64,000 nucleotides of DNA from Octopus sinensis (GCF_006345805.1 NC_043018.1:18290001-18354000), one strand, 5' to 3'; positions 1 through 14,183 are shown, counted from the stretch's first letter. Notes: generated from the letters alone by a model not told the origin. Made by a program: numbers and translations.

Positions 1-227
1 AATGCAATGCTGGGGGGACAAACACAGACACACAAACATACATATATATATATATATATATATACATATATACGACGGGCTTCTTTCAGTTTCCCTCTAC
101 TAAATCCACTCACAAGGCTTTGGTCGGCCCGAGGCTATAGTAGAAGACACTTGCCCAAGGTGCCAAGCAGTGGGACTGAACCCGGAACCATGTGGTTGGT
201 AAGCAAGCTACTTACCATACAGCCACA
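1..227 (-). mobile_element. tRNA-derived SINE family A (CORE-like), 5' part
   Basis: Reverse complement of the family head (gtggctgtatggtaagtagcttgcttaccaaccacatggttccggg...ccttgggcaagtgtcttctactatagcc); matches + strand copies at 2297, 48688 and 50686. Confidence 0.85.
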
Positions 228-1060
228 TACATACACACATACATACATACATACATACATACATACATACATACTAACATACATACTAACATACATACAT
301 ACATACATACATACATACATACTAACATACATACATACATACATACATACATACATACATACATACATACATACATACTAACATACATACATACATACAT
401 ACATACATACATACATACATACACACATACATACATACATACATACATACATACATACTAACATACATACATACATACATACATGCATGCATACATACAT
501 ACATACATACATACATGCATACGTACAAACAGACGCACATACATACACACATACATACATACATACATACATACATACATACACACATACATACATACAT
601 ACATACATACATACACACATACATACATACATACACACATACATACATACATACATACATACATACACACATACACACATACATACATACATACACACAT
701 ACATACATACATACATACATACATACATACATACATACATACACACATACACACATACATACATACATACACACATACATACATACATACATACATACAT
801 ACATACATGCATGCATACATACATACATACATACACACATACATACACACATACATACACACATACATACATACATACATACATACATGCATGCATACAT
901 ACATACATACATACACACATACACACATACATACATACATACACACATACATACATACATACACACATACATACATACATACATACATACATACATACAT
1001 GCATACGTACAAACACACGCACATACATACACACATACATACATACATACATACATACAA

Positions 1061-1094
<34 letters not shown>

Positions 1095-2165
1095 CATACA
1101 TGCATGCATACGTACAAACACACGCACATACATACACACATACATACATACATACATACATACACACATACATACATACATACACACATACATACATACA
1201 TACACACATACATACATACATACATACATACATACTAACATACATACATACATACATACATACATGCATGCATACATACATACATACATACATACATACA
1301 TACACACATACATACACACATACATACATACATACATACTAACATACATACATACACACATACATACACACATACATACATACATACATACATACATACA
1401 TGCATACGTACAAACACACGCACATACATACACACATACATACATACATACATACATACACACATACATACATGCATACATACATACATACACACATACA
1501 TACATACATACATACACACATACATACATACATACATACATACATACATACACACATACACACATACATACATACATACACACATACATACATACATACA
1601 TACATACATACATACATACATACATACACACATACACACATACATACATACATACACACATACATACATACACACATACATACATACATACATACATACA
1701 TACACACATACATAATACATACATACACACATACATACATACACACATATATACATACAACATACATACATACATACATACACACATACATACATACATA
1801 CATACTACATGCATACGTACAAACACACGCACATACATACCCCATTCATACATACATACATACATAATATACATACATACTACATACATACATACATACA
1901 GACATACATAACATACATACATACATAACATACATACATGCATATGTACAAAACACACGCACATACATACACACATACATACATACATACATACATACAT
2001 ACATACATACATACATACATACACACATACATACATACATACATACATACATACATACATACATGCATACGTACAAACACACGTACATACAGCACATACA
2101 CACAAATGCATACATATATATGTGAATGTATGTACGTACGTATGTATGTATATGCATGCATGTAT
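225..2165. repeat. (CATA)n compound microsatellite, ~1.9 kb
   Basis: CATA/CACA units throughout; source of the HTYI/MYVC pseudo-ORFs. Confidence 0.97.
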
Positions 2166-2296
2166 GTCAATCAAATCTACTCACAAAACAATTATCGTCC
2201 CAGGGTTATGGCGAAGGACGCCCAAGTGGCATTGAACACGAAACCACGCGGTTGTAAATCGAGTCCATAACCACACACCCATGCCTGCGTCAACAT

Positions 2297-2472
2297 AGGC
2301 GTCAGAGTGGCTGTGTGGTAAGTAGCTTACTTACGAACCATATGGTTCCGGGTTAATTCCCACTGCGTGGCACCTTGGGTAAGTGTCTTCTACTATAGCC
2401 TCGGGTCGACCAAAGCCTTGTGATTGGATTTGGTAGACGGAAACTGAAAGAAGCCCGTCGTATATATATATT

Positions 2473-2513
<41 letters not shown>

Positions 2514-2745
2514 ATGCGTGTTTGTGTGTCTGTGTTTGTCCCCCCCCCCCCAACATCGCTTGACAACCGATGCTGGTGTGTTTACGACCCCGTAACTTAG
2601 CGGTTCGGCAAAAGAGACCGATAGAATAAGTACCAGGCTTACAAAGAATAAGTCCTGGGATCGATTTGCTCGATCGACTAAAAGGTGGTGCTCCAGCATG
2701 GCCACAGTCAAATGACTGAAACGAGTAAAAGAGTAAAAGAGTATA
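2297..2745 (+). mobile_element. SINE family A, near full length
   Basis: Head, internal (GT)n and 3' ...ggccacagtcaaatgactgaaacgagtaaaagagtaaaaga; colinear with 48688-49082 and 50686-51075. Confidence 0.85.
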
Positions 2746-2756
2746 CATCTCACTAC

Positions 2757-2818
<62 letters not shown>

Positions 2819-2871
2819 CTATGTGTGTATGCGTGCGTGCACTTTAAGAGACAGTTAGATGGATGAATAGA

Positions 2872-2971
2872 NNNNNNNNNNNNNNNNNNNNNNNNNNNNN
2901 NNNNNNNNNNNNNNNNNNNNNNNNNNNNNNNNNNNNNNNNNNNNNNNNNNNNNNNNNNNNNNNNNNNNNNN
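2872..2971. other. Assembly gap (100 N)
   Basis: Run of N. Confidence 1.
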
Positions 2972-3407
2972 TACGGATTTATAGGAAAAATAAATTTCAT
3001 TTTCATAATTAGTATAAAAAACTTAATCCTTTTACCAAATTTGAAGACAGTTGGAACATAATTGCGAACTGAGGAAAACCACAAAGATCCCAGTCAGATT
3101 ATGATAAATGTGTGAACTTATAAACGAAGAAATATTTCTCTTTTCTTTTTTCGAAATTATATATTTACGAACGAAAACATGTCCAACATATTGCTTTACC
3201 TTATGTACCATATCTGCAAAAAAAAAAAGAGGTCAGAAAATTACTATAGAAAGGGATGTCACTCTGACAATTTTACTAATTATAGCATGAAATTAATTAA
3301 CAATAACAATTACGCATGTAACAAAAGCATGACCAAACACAAACCTCCATGAATCCAGGAACCAATGAAAATACACGACCTACAAATACAATATCTCCAA
3401 AACTCCA

Positions 3408-3445
3408 TTGCGCTACTATTACTATTATTGTTGCTGTTGTTGTTG

Positions 3446-3499
<54 letters not shown>

Positions 3500-3500
3500 C
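3408..3500. repeat. (TAT/TGT)n trinucleotide microsatellite
   Basis: Direct. Confidence 0.9.
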
Positions 3501-4244
3501 ATTTATGGATTCTTCTCTCCCCGCTGTCAGTCTCTGTGTTTCTCTCTCCCTCTCTCTCTCTCCTTCCCTTTTCAAACTATATTTCGCGCCTTAATTTAAC
3601 AAGAAGGTCAGAGTGACCTCCCTTGATATAGTAATATTCTGACCTCTTTTTTTTTCTCTAAATAAATCCTAATAGACATTCAATAAATTGCATTAATTGT
3701 TTTCTTCCTAAAATAGTTTCTTTTCAAAAACCCACAAAGGACTTTTTTTTCCTGTTATTTATAATACATTCACATATTTAGAATATCCACCAGGCTATTC
3801 CAACAATAACACACACACATTATATCAGACAACATACACTCGAGCCACGACCAACCACAAAACACTTACGTATACAGCAGACAATGAAAGAAGACTATCC
3901 AATGCACCACTACCAGCAAACAGCTGATGCTGCTTTACTTCTCTCTCTTTTCCTCTTTCTCTTTTTATCTCTCTCTTCATCTCCCTCTCTCTGTCTCTCA
4001 CTCTCTTTTTTCTTTCACGTCTTTGATTTTAAGAATCAATATATAAATAAACGTGGAATAAAATGTCTTAGCCTACATTGCTTCAACAGCCGTAAATGGG
4101 GAAACTAACAGCGGTAGTGTCCATGGCAGTTTATATCTAGTAGGGCTTATCCTTAATTTGTTTCAGTCATTGGACTGCGGCCATGCTGGAATAACGCCTC
4201 GAAGAATTTTAGTCCAACAAATGGACCACACACTCACACACACA

Positions 4245-5070
4245 CATCCTTTCGGGTTCGATAAATTAAGTACCAGTTATACACTGAGGTAGATGTAATC
4301 GACTTAATCCCTTTGTCTGTCTTTGTTTGTCCCCTCTATGTTTAGCCCCTTGTGGGCAATAAAGAAATAGGTATTTCGTTTGCCGCCACGTTCTGAGTTC
4401 AAATTCCGCCGAGGTCGACTTTGCCTTTCATCCTTTCGGGATCGATTAAATAAGTACCAGTAACGCACTGGGCTCGATAGAATCGACTTAATCCGTTTGT
4501 CTGTCCTTGTTTGTCCTCTCTGTGTTTAGCTCCTTGTGAGTAGTAAAGAAATAGGTATTTCGTTTGCCGTTATGTTCTGAGTTCAAATTCTGCCGAGGTC
4601 GACTTTGCCTTTCATCCTTTCGGGGTCGATAAATTAATTACCAGTTACGCACTGGGGTCGATATTATCGACTTAATCCGTCTGTCTGCGTTTAGCCCCTT
4701 GTGGGTAGTAAAGAAATAGGTATTTCGTCTGTCTTTATGTTCCGATTTCAAATTCCGCCGAGTTCGACTTTGACTTTCATCTTTTGGAGTTGATAAATTA
4801 AGTACCAGTTATGTACTAGGGTCGATCTAATCGACTAGCCACTCCTCCAAAATTTCGTGCATTGTGCCTGCTTTTCATCCTTTTTGGGTTGATAAATTAA
4901 GTACCAGTTACGTACTGGGGTCGATCTAATCAACTAGCCACTCCCCCAAAATTTCGCGCATTGTGTCTGCTTTTTATCCTTTTGGGGGTGATAAATTAAG
5001 TACCAGTTACGTACTGGGGTAGATCTAATCGACTAGCCACTCCCCCAAAATTTCGCGCATTGTGCCTTAC
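4245..5070 (+). mobile_element. Head-to-tail array of six SINE family B body units
   Basis: Motif cctttcggggtcgataaattaagtaccag recurs at ~4248, 4432, 4616, 4780, 4879 and 4978. Confidence 0.85.
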
Positions 5071-7135
5071 TTGGTTTAATATTTTGAACTAATAAAGCAA
5101 CAACTTAGATCTAATTAAATGATATCTCTAGTTTCTGTAACCTAGAAAGGCTATCAACAATCCAGAAACGACAAACCAAGAATTTAGATAAATAGAATTA
5201 AATCATTTCTTCGTGACCCACACGCGAAAATACCTTTCTTTCATATCATGGGAGCATACCAAATCAGTAATATGAAAGTGCAGATAAAACATATTTTCTT
5301 TCTTTCCAATACATAACACCTTAATTATCAACGCTGTCAGACTGACCTCACTTTATGTAGTTATCTTCTGACTTTCTCCAAATAAATGTAGACATTCGAT
5401 AAATTGGATTGTTTTCTTCCTAAAATAACTTGTTTTCCGAAAAACCACAAAGGAAGATATTTTCTCTGATTTTTAAAGAAACCTACATACTAATTATCAC
5501 TGGACATTTCCAACAAGCACACAGACATACCCGCACACATTCACACTGCACAGCCACAAAAAAAAAACACACGCAGCCATATATACAGACGTCGTCTGCG
5601 CAGCCATAAATACAGACGATCACGCAGCCGTACATACATACAGACCAACACTAATTGATTTACTTTCTGCTTTTAACTACAATAACAACATCGTTTAACC
5701 CCCGTCACCCTCCCAGCAAGTTATTTTTATATTAATAATATTTGTTTTATTCAAACCTCTCACACGTTTTCTTATTTAAAAGCGTTAATTCATCCTCATC
5801 CCGATCAACATAATTCATTACAAATGCCTGTCCTTTGGTCTTTGCTTAAATTTTATATTCGTAATACTTTTTTAAATCCAAATCTACTAACCCTACTCCC
5901 CCATTCACTCTGTAAATTTTTGATGGCTACTTAGTTAATTATCTTTAATTAACAGCTGTCTTCTTTTCCGTCTTCTCCTCCATTTTCTTCTTCACACTTT
6001 TTTTTTCAATGCCTTCCATTTAAGCTTCTACTTCCACCTTATCTCCTCTCCGCCACCTTATACTAATTGCTTTCAAGACTACAGACTTGGTATTCTTGAA
6101 ACCTGGTTGATACTCGTCCGTAATTTGGTGCTGCTCTCATCAACAACCATCTGTATTTTCTTTGACATCTATTACTTATAAACGTATCCTTATTCCTTAT
6201 TCTTTTTAATTTGTAACCTTAACTATTTTCTTACAGTTTCATATTAAAACAATCTACATTATGCTTAAATTTATTTTTCCTTCAAATTCCTTAGAATTAA
6301 AGATTATATAAACATGTCCTGTGACATTATGGAGAAATCAGTCCCTTCGATGTTACCCCTTATTCAATTCCCGTTATTTAAACGCTTCCATCTGTAATCC
6401 CCTATCTAAATCTTCTGCCTCTCTGCACTTAATAATTCTTAATTATCGATCATCCTTTATCCCGCAGCGCTTTCTACCAACCTTCAGCCCTTCCTCGTGA
6501 ATTCAATTTAAAATTTCTTTATCTATATTCAGAAAACCCTTGTTTTCAAATCGCCCGAACCGTTTTTAGCTATAAATTCTATCAACCGCAGTAAATTCGC
6601 TTGAAAAGATCGTCAGAACAAAACATACGGCCGCATGTAAGAAACCATTTTAATTTAATGTAATATATCATATGTGTACGTGTGCTTGCGTGTGTATGTA
6701 TGTCTGTGTCTGTGCGACCATGTATACCTGCATGTTGGAATACGTGTGTGTATGTGTATATATATATATAATTACATTTGTGTGTCTGTGTGCGTATTTG
6801 TATGATGCCTGGGCGTATGCATGTGGGTGTTTCTGCTTCACTAATAGCTATCTTTCCCTGGGAAACCTCAGATCCCTTCATTGAACTTCAGCTTGTGCCT
6901 TCATCTCTGTATTCAGCGAGATTCAATTACGGCGGCACTTCAAGAATTCTTCTTCTAATTAGATGTAAAACCATTCACACGTGATCGTACGACTTCCTTT
7001 TGACACCCACAACGTTTAAGACAGCAAATACTCACACAAACACACACAATTATATATATATGTGTGTATACATACATACATACATAACATACATACATAC
7101 ATACATACATACATACATGCATACATACATATATA

Positions 7136-7177
<42 letters not shown>

Positions 7178-7252
7178 TAGACGTACATATACAATTACAC
7201 ATATATATGGACTTATATTTTATCTATGTGTGTATGTATGTGTCTCTCTCTA

Positions 7253-7315
<63 letters not shown>

Positions 7316-7843
7316 CCCTATATATATATATATATATATACATAACGCGTGTACATATACATATATATGTGTGTATATATGCTTTTATGTATTAGAGAGT
7401 TAGCTAACATTGTAACATCAAAGAGCAGTGTCACGCTGATGCTAAAGCAATAATTTAATATAATTTAATATTAACAATAAGGTTTGAAAAATGCCATACA
7501 ACCCATGGTTTGTATTTCAAGTTCAGCGAAACCTTGTTGTTCATTGATGTAGCGTCAAAACTAGATGACCTTTAAAGATTTAGCATTATGTCCATATAAT
7601 TAGTTAATTAACTCCCATAGAAATTATCCACCGGATATACTGCAAACAAACTAAATCCTAAATAATGATTGTTATCAGATCACACCTTAATACGTAATCT
7701 ACAAGTTGCATAAAGACATTTCCAACAGCTCTCTTGCATTGTAGAACACTTTCCAGATAATAAATAGCTGAGCAGACACAGTTTAAGTCAATACCAACAT
7801 CCTAGTATCGTTACTAGTGAGTATTTCATAATTTATATATGTA

Positions 7844-8227
7844 CTAGCAGTATCGCCCGGCGTTGCTCGGGTTTGTAAGGGAAATAACTATATAAGCATT
7901 TTTAGAGATGTAAAGTATAATAGCCATCTCAATATGGCTAACCACAAACGGGGGTGTTACTGTAGCTTTTTACGTTCTGAGATTTAATAATACATTTTTA
8001 GAGAGTTACTTCCCTTATATAATAGCAAAAAAAATGCATTAAAAATGGGAAAAAATTATGGCAATTTTTTTTTTAATCGTAGACGCGCGCTAATACCCAG
8101 AAGGGCTCGATATGAATCACGACTATAAGATACCCGGTTTTGGTTACACTGCACCGCAAAATGTGGGAGTAGTTAGGAATCTAAATCGTAGGAGACAGAC
8201 ACACAACTTCACTTTTATATATAAAGA
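7844..8227 (-). mobile_element. Complete non-autonomous Helitron (384 bp)
   Basis: Minus strand starts TCTTTATATAT and ends with hairpin cccgagcaacgccggg plus CTAG; inserted between A and T with no TSD; the empty site is preserved in the neighbouring tandem copy. Confidence 0.85.
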
Positions 8228-9045
8228 TATACACAGTTAGACTTCCCTTCATAGAAATAGCTGAGCAGGCACAGTTAAGTCAATACCAACATCCTAGTAT
8301 GTTACTAGTGAGTATTTCGTAATTTATATATGTATATACACAGTTAGACTTCCCTTCATAGAATCTATGGTTAAATGTTCGCGAGTTTGCTTTTATTATG
8401 ATATACATTGCCAGTTTTATCTCAAACCTCTATTTATATAGCAACAACATCAACTTTTACAATAACACCGCACACACCAACACCTAAACTGTGACAACTT
8501 AAATGACCAGTTCCAATAGAATTTTCTATTTTTTCTAAAATTTTAATTAAATGATTTTATTGGATTATTCTTTTATGTGAATTTTTTCTGTTTTTTTAAT
8601 TTTTATTTTAAATGTTCATAGACGGAGTTTTTGTTTACTAATTGCAGAGGAAATCTGAGTAACTCGAAGTATTTTCGTTCCCTGTATGATAACACGTAAC
8701 CAGTGCTGTCGCCGTATTACCAAGTTTAGCCTTCCTACCCGTTCATTAGTCACACTCCGTTTTTAATTAGTTTTAATTAGTTAAAATTTCTCCCGGCCTG
8801 ACTTGGCCAAAATGATCATTAAGCTAATTATTCTTTCCCTTCATTGCGAGTGTAATTCAATTTTAATTAATTAAAACTTTCTTAGTTGACTTCATCTTGA
8901 TATAACATCATCGATGATAACATTTGTTTCTGCTAGAATGTGTTTATTCTTCTAATATTCTTTCGTTCGTCGCCCTTTGGCAGATATTGTGATTATTATT
9001 ATTGTTATTATTGTTGTTGTCGCCGTCGTCGTCGTCGTTGTTGTT

Positions 9046-9820
9046 AAGGCGGCGTGCGGGTAGAATAGTTTACACGCCGGACAAAATGCTTAGTTTCGCG
9101 GCATTTCGTCCGTCTTTACGTTTCGAGTTCAAATTCAGCCGAGGTCGACTTTGCCTTTCATCCTTTCTGCTTCTTTACTACCCACAAGGGGCTAAACACA
9201 GAGAGGACAAACAAGGACAGACAAAGGGATTAAGTCGATTACATCGACCCCAGTGCGTAACTGGTACTTAATTTATCGACCCCAGCGAAAGGATGAAAGG
9301 CAAAGTCGACCTCGGCGGAATTTGAACTCAGAACGTAATGGCAGACGAAATACCGCAAAGCATTTCGCCCGGCTTGCTAACGTTTCTGCCAGCTCGCCGG
9401 GGTCGATAAGTTAAGTACCAGTTACGCACTGGGGTCGATGTAAATGGCTAGCATTCTCCCCCAAAATGTCAGGCCTTGTGCTTCTGTTAAAAAGCATTAA
9501 TATTATTGAGTGAGGGAGCAGCGCATACCATCAAAGTGACTCTGGGGTACAAATATACGAAGTCAAGTAAACTCATCATGATTCCCCGTCTGCGAGCTGG
9601 CAGAATCGTTAGCACGTCGGGCGAAATGCTCATCAGTATTTCATCTGTCGCTACGTTCTGAGTTCAAATTCCGCCGAGGTCGACTTTGCCTTTCATCCTT
9701 TCGGGGTCGATTAAATAAGTACCAGTTACGCACTGGGGTCGATATGATCGACTTAATCCGTTTGTCCATCCTCGTTTGTCCTCTCTTTGTTTAGCCCCTT
9801 GTGGGTAGTAAAGAAATAGG
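9046..9820. mobile_element. Cluster of SINE family B copies in both orientations
   Basis: Family B head (ggcggcg...gttagcacgccgggcgaaatgc) and body at 9046-9165 (+), ~9170-9400 (-), ~9400-9480 (+), 9592-9820 (+). Confidence 0.8.
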
Positions 9821-9821
9821 T

Positions 9822-10167
9822 TGATCCGATCAATGGAACAGCCTGCTCGTGAAATTAACGTGTAAGTGGCTGAGCACTCCACAGACACGTGTACCCTTAA
9901 CGTAGTTCTCGGGGATATTCAGCGTGACACAGAGAGTGACAAGGCCGGCCCTTTGAAATACAGGTACAATAGAAACAGGAAGAAAGATTGAGAGAAAGTT
10001 GTGGTGAAAGAGTACAGCAGGGATCACCACCATCCCCTGCCGGAGCCTCGTGGAGCTTTTAGGTGTTTTCGCTCAATAAACACTCACAACGCCCGGTCTG
10101 GGAATCGAAACCGCGATCCAACGACCGCGAGTCCGCTGCCCTAACCACTGGGCCATTGCGCCTCCAC
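9822..10167 (-). mobile_element. tRNA-derived SINE family C
   Basis: Reverse-complement copy of 28182-28568, with tRNA-like head ggcgcaatggcccagtggttagggcagcggactcgcgg. Confidence 0.85.
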
Positions 10168-10634
10168 ATCGATGACATCGATGACCCGGCACATGAATCA
10201 CAACAATATGTGCGCGACATGGTGATCTTATATGAAGGTAAACAACACGTGACTTTGCAGGTGGGGCCCAGTTAGAATTTTCTTCATGCCAAGTAGCCTA
10301 TCCAAATCAAAAGGTCCATGAATAAGGGTTGTTTAACGATGTTGAACGATGTTGAACGAATCACCCATGTTTCCAGAGAAGAATGCCTCAAACCCCAAAG
10401 AATCCCTTTCAACACATGGCTATGATGCTCCCCACTACTTCTGCTCATAATCAGAGATGCACATATCGTCAACCACCAAGGGACAAATTCATCTGGTTCT
10501 GGTCAAGCAAATGACAAATAAATCTGTGGCATTGAATAGAATGTTTGTTGTAGCTCATCTTTTATACCAAGACAAAACAATGTCCATGATAATACCTCCA
10601 ATCAGCTAAGACCAGAAGCCATGAGAGCAGCGAC

Positions 10635-11032
10635 AATCTGGCAGTAGCGTTAGCACGTCGGACAAAATGCTCAACAGCATTTCGTCCGTCTTTACGTTCT
10701 GAGTTCAAATTCCGCCGAAGTCGACTTTACCGTTCATCCTTTCAGAGTCGATAAAATAAGTACCAGTTGAGTACTGGGGTCAATAAAATCGATTTATCCT
10801 AGCCTTGCTTGCTGTCGAATGCAATCACATCGCGCTCTTCATTTTGTCTATTATTCGCGGTATTTCGTCTGTCTTTACGTTCTGAGTTCAAATCCTGTTG
10901 AAGTCGATTTTGCCTTTCATCCTTCTGGGGTCGATAATTTAAGTACCAGTAGCGTACTGGGGTCGATCTAATCGACTGGCCGCCTCCTCCAAAATGTTGG
11001 CCTTGTACCTAGAATAGAAAAAATTGTTATTG

Positions 11033-11093
<61 letters not shown>

Positions 11094-11211
11094 CATTATT
11101 ATTATTATTATCATTATTATCATTATTATTATCATTATCATTATTATTATCATTATTATTATTATTATCATTATTATCATTATTATTATATTATTATCAT
11201 TATTATTATCA

Positions 11212-11247
<36 letters not shown>

Positions 11248-12200
11248 CATTATATTATCATTATCATTATTATTATCATTATTATTATTATTATTATTAT
11301 TATCATTATTATTATCATTATTATTATCATTATTATTATTATTATCATTATTATCATTATTATTATCATTATCATTATTATTATCATTATTATTATTATT
11401 ATCATTATTATTATCATTATCATTATTATTATCATTATCATTATTATTATTATTATCATTATCATTATTATTATCATTATTATTATTATTATTCAAAATG
11501 GCGACCTGCAAGAATCGTTTCCGCGCCGAGCAAAGTGCTTAACGAAATTTCTTCTTGCTCTTTGCTTTCTGAATTCAAATACTGCCGAAGTCGACTTAGC
11601 CTTTCATTGTTTCAAGTAGGGGCTCGGCGTAATCGACGTTCTTCCGGCACACAGAGCATCGCTGGCCTTGTGCAAAAATTTGAAACCATTAAAGCAGACT
11701 CGTTAGCATGTCGGACAAAATGCTTAGCAGCATATAGTCCGGTTTTATGTTCTGAATTCAAATAGCGATGAAGTTAACTTTGCCTTTCATCCTTTCGGGG
11801 TTGATAAACTAAGTATTAAGTACCGGTTAAACCCTGGGGTTGCTATAATCCGCTATCCCCCACACCCAAAATTTCAGGCCTTGTGCTCATGGTAGAGAGA
11901 ATTATTTATTATTTGTAAAACGAAAAGGCGGCGAGGTGGCTGAATCGTTAGCACGCTGGGCGACATGTTTACCGGTATTTTACCGGTCGCTACGTTCTGA
12001 GTTCAAATTCCACCGAGATCGACCTTGCCTTTCGGCGTCGATAAATTAAGTACCAGTGAAACATTGCAGTCCGTATAATCGACTTAATACCTATGTCTGT
12101 CCATGTTTGTCCTCTCTATGTTTAGCCCCTTGGAGGTAATAAAGAAATAGGTATAATCGATTTGTCCCCTCCCCAAAAATTTCAGGCCTTGTAGAAAAGA
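10635..12200 (+). mobile_element. Several diverged SINE family B copies flanking an (ATT/ATC)n tract
   Basis: Family B motifs at ~10635-10800, 10860-11010, 11495-11895, 11926-12200. Confidence 0.75.
11026..11492. repeat. (ATT/ATC)n microsatellite
   Basis: Direct. Confidence 0.95.
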
Positions 12201-12557
12201 TTATTTGTAAAACGAAAATTTTACTTCGCAAAAGAAATTTTTTCCTCCCGCTTTGCAAAGAAAGGACGGGAGAAAGGAGCAAAGAAGGAAGGAAGGAAAG
12301 AAAATTAATCACAGTGTAAAAGTAGATTTAATATGCAGTTAAACATAATTACATACAATATAATAATATAGACGTAAAAAAGTACAAAATTTGTATATTA
12401 CTTTAAACAGTCGTAAAAGAAAAAATTATCAAGTGCCTTCAAAAGATGTTCAAAACTATGTTCACATCTTATAAAATCCATATCGTATAACCGAATACAC
12501 AAGAACAAATCCGAACACACATATATATAATAAGATATAAGTTAATGTGTACCATAC

Positions 12558-12807
12558 TTTATTGAGCATATATTTTCTTGCACACATGTTTTCTGGAGTA
12601 ATATTGTCTTCATCGTATTTCTTCAGCGATGTGTTAGTTGCGACTAATTCAATAATCAACTGACTTCAATGATGCCGAAGTAGATTCAAATAAAGGGAGA
12701 AAGTTTTCGAACATATTTTGCATAGCAATCTCATTAACACATCATTTACTCGGCCTATTCAGTGTGAAATTTTTCTCAAGCCATTCAGCGAGTATTTCTT
12801 ATCTCCA
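12558..12807 (-). pseudogene. Possible decayed exon with ankyrin-repeat-like peptides
   Basis: Bounded by ttttctacag and gtatgg. Encodes ILAEWLEKNFTLNRPSK and IIELVATNTSLKKYDEDNITPENMCARK, resembling the ankyrin LL..GA.vN..D..G.TP pattern, but with stops and a frameshift. Confidence 0.3.
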
Positions 12808-12949
12808 CTGTAGAAAACGTTTAAATTTAATATCATATAATATATATATCCATAAGTAACTTCACAAAAATAGTAATTTACCAAAATACAGAATAAAACA
12901 CAACAAATCTAACTTATGAAATACACACACATACATACATATGATATGT

Positions 12950-13003
12950 ATAACTAATATGTATATACACACATGCACATCATAGATATTTATCTAATAT
13001 ATA

Positions 13004-13047
<44 letters not shown>

Positions 13048-13227
13048 TAATATATCATATATACATAATGCATTATATATACATATATATTATATAAATA
13101 TATATTTATACATATTTATATACATATATATGCATATATATACGTATATTATATATGCATATATATATATTCACATATATATACATATATATATACACAT
13201 AATATATACATATATATATACACATAA

Positions 13228-13272
<45 letters not shown>

Positions 13273-13314
13273 AATACCCATATATGCATACACACATGTA
13301 TATATATATATATA

Positions 13315-13377
<63 letters not shown>

Positions 13378-13400
13378 TTATATGTATGTATGTATATACT
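12950..13400. repeat. (TA)n-rich low-complexity tract
   Basis: Direct. Confidence 0.9.
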
Positions 13401-13722
13401 CATCACAGATTTACATTTATATCACATTTTTTAACTTGTTTCAGATTACGCTAATATGAACGTTATGTTTAACAATGATTTTCAATTTACATCAAAAGCG
13501 TTGATTCAAAATTAAAGTTGTAAAAACTTGAAATGAAGTCAATACGGACCAAACATAGGTACACACACACACACACCACACACACACACACACACACATA
13601 CGCACGCACTTCCTAAAATTAGTTACGATAGAAGGAAGAGATTCATGGTTACAAGTAATGTAAAATTTCCCAAGACATGGGTAGTGTGGGAAAGCAGGTT
13701 TTCTCAACTTAGAATACATTAG

Positions 13723-14183
13723 GGATCTTTTCGGTTTGAACGGCAGTTTTTTCTAGCGGTATCATATGAAATTGTCACCCATAATTATGACCCTAGTATC
13801 GATCTATTGCATTTCAATCTGTTTTAGGGTTAGGGTTACTTAGGGTTAAGGTTACTTAGGGTCAGTTAGGGTTAGGGTTGGGGGTGGGGGGAAGGGTATC
13901 TTTTATTCTTCACAAATGTAAATAAGCTCAATCTGTTTCTTAAACGAGGGATATATTCATACGGCACAGAATTTTTTTTTACCTCAATGGACGTCAGTGA
14001 TTGGTTGAAATTGCAGAAATTGAAGAAAAAACAACAACAAATATCTTACAAACTATAGAATTTTCTCAATAAAGCCAAGAGAAAAAGATGTTTTAGAAAC
14101 ACATTCTACCAGTATACGAAGCTTAAAAGTGTTTAGTTACCTAGAAATTATGTTTAAAACTGCCGTTCAAACCGAAAAGATCC
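13723..14183. mobile_element. MITE with 28-bp TIRs and 8-bp TSD (Merlin-like)
   Basis: Perfect TIR ggatcttttcggtttgaacggcagtttt; flanks tacattag / tacattgg (tacattag in the duplicated copy at 15121). GG termini with an 8-bp TSD fit Merlin; superfamily is inferred. Confidence 0.8.

Noticed and set aside
192-2174. Long ORFs (up to 598 aa) of HTYI/MYVC repeats, also at 19.7-20.9k, 38.9-39.6k, 55.7-56.4k and elsewhere
   Set aside because: Stop-free translation of microsatellites; no coding signal.
5980-6560. Possible non-LTR retrotransposon ORF1-like remnants on the minus strand here and at 17090-18100
   Set aside because: Protein-like stretches with many stops and no diagnostic motif I can name; unsupported without a search.
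8750-8880. Cluster of TAAT/TAATTA homeodomain-like sites
   Set aside because: Expected by chance in AT-rich DNA; no conservation data.
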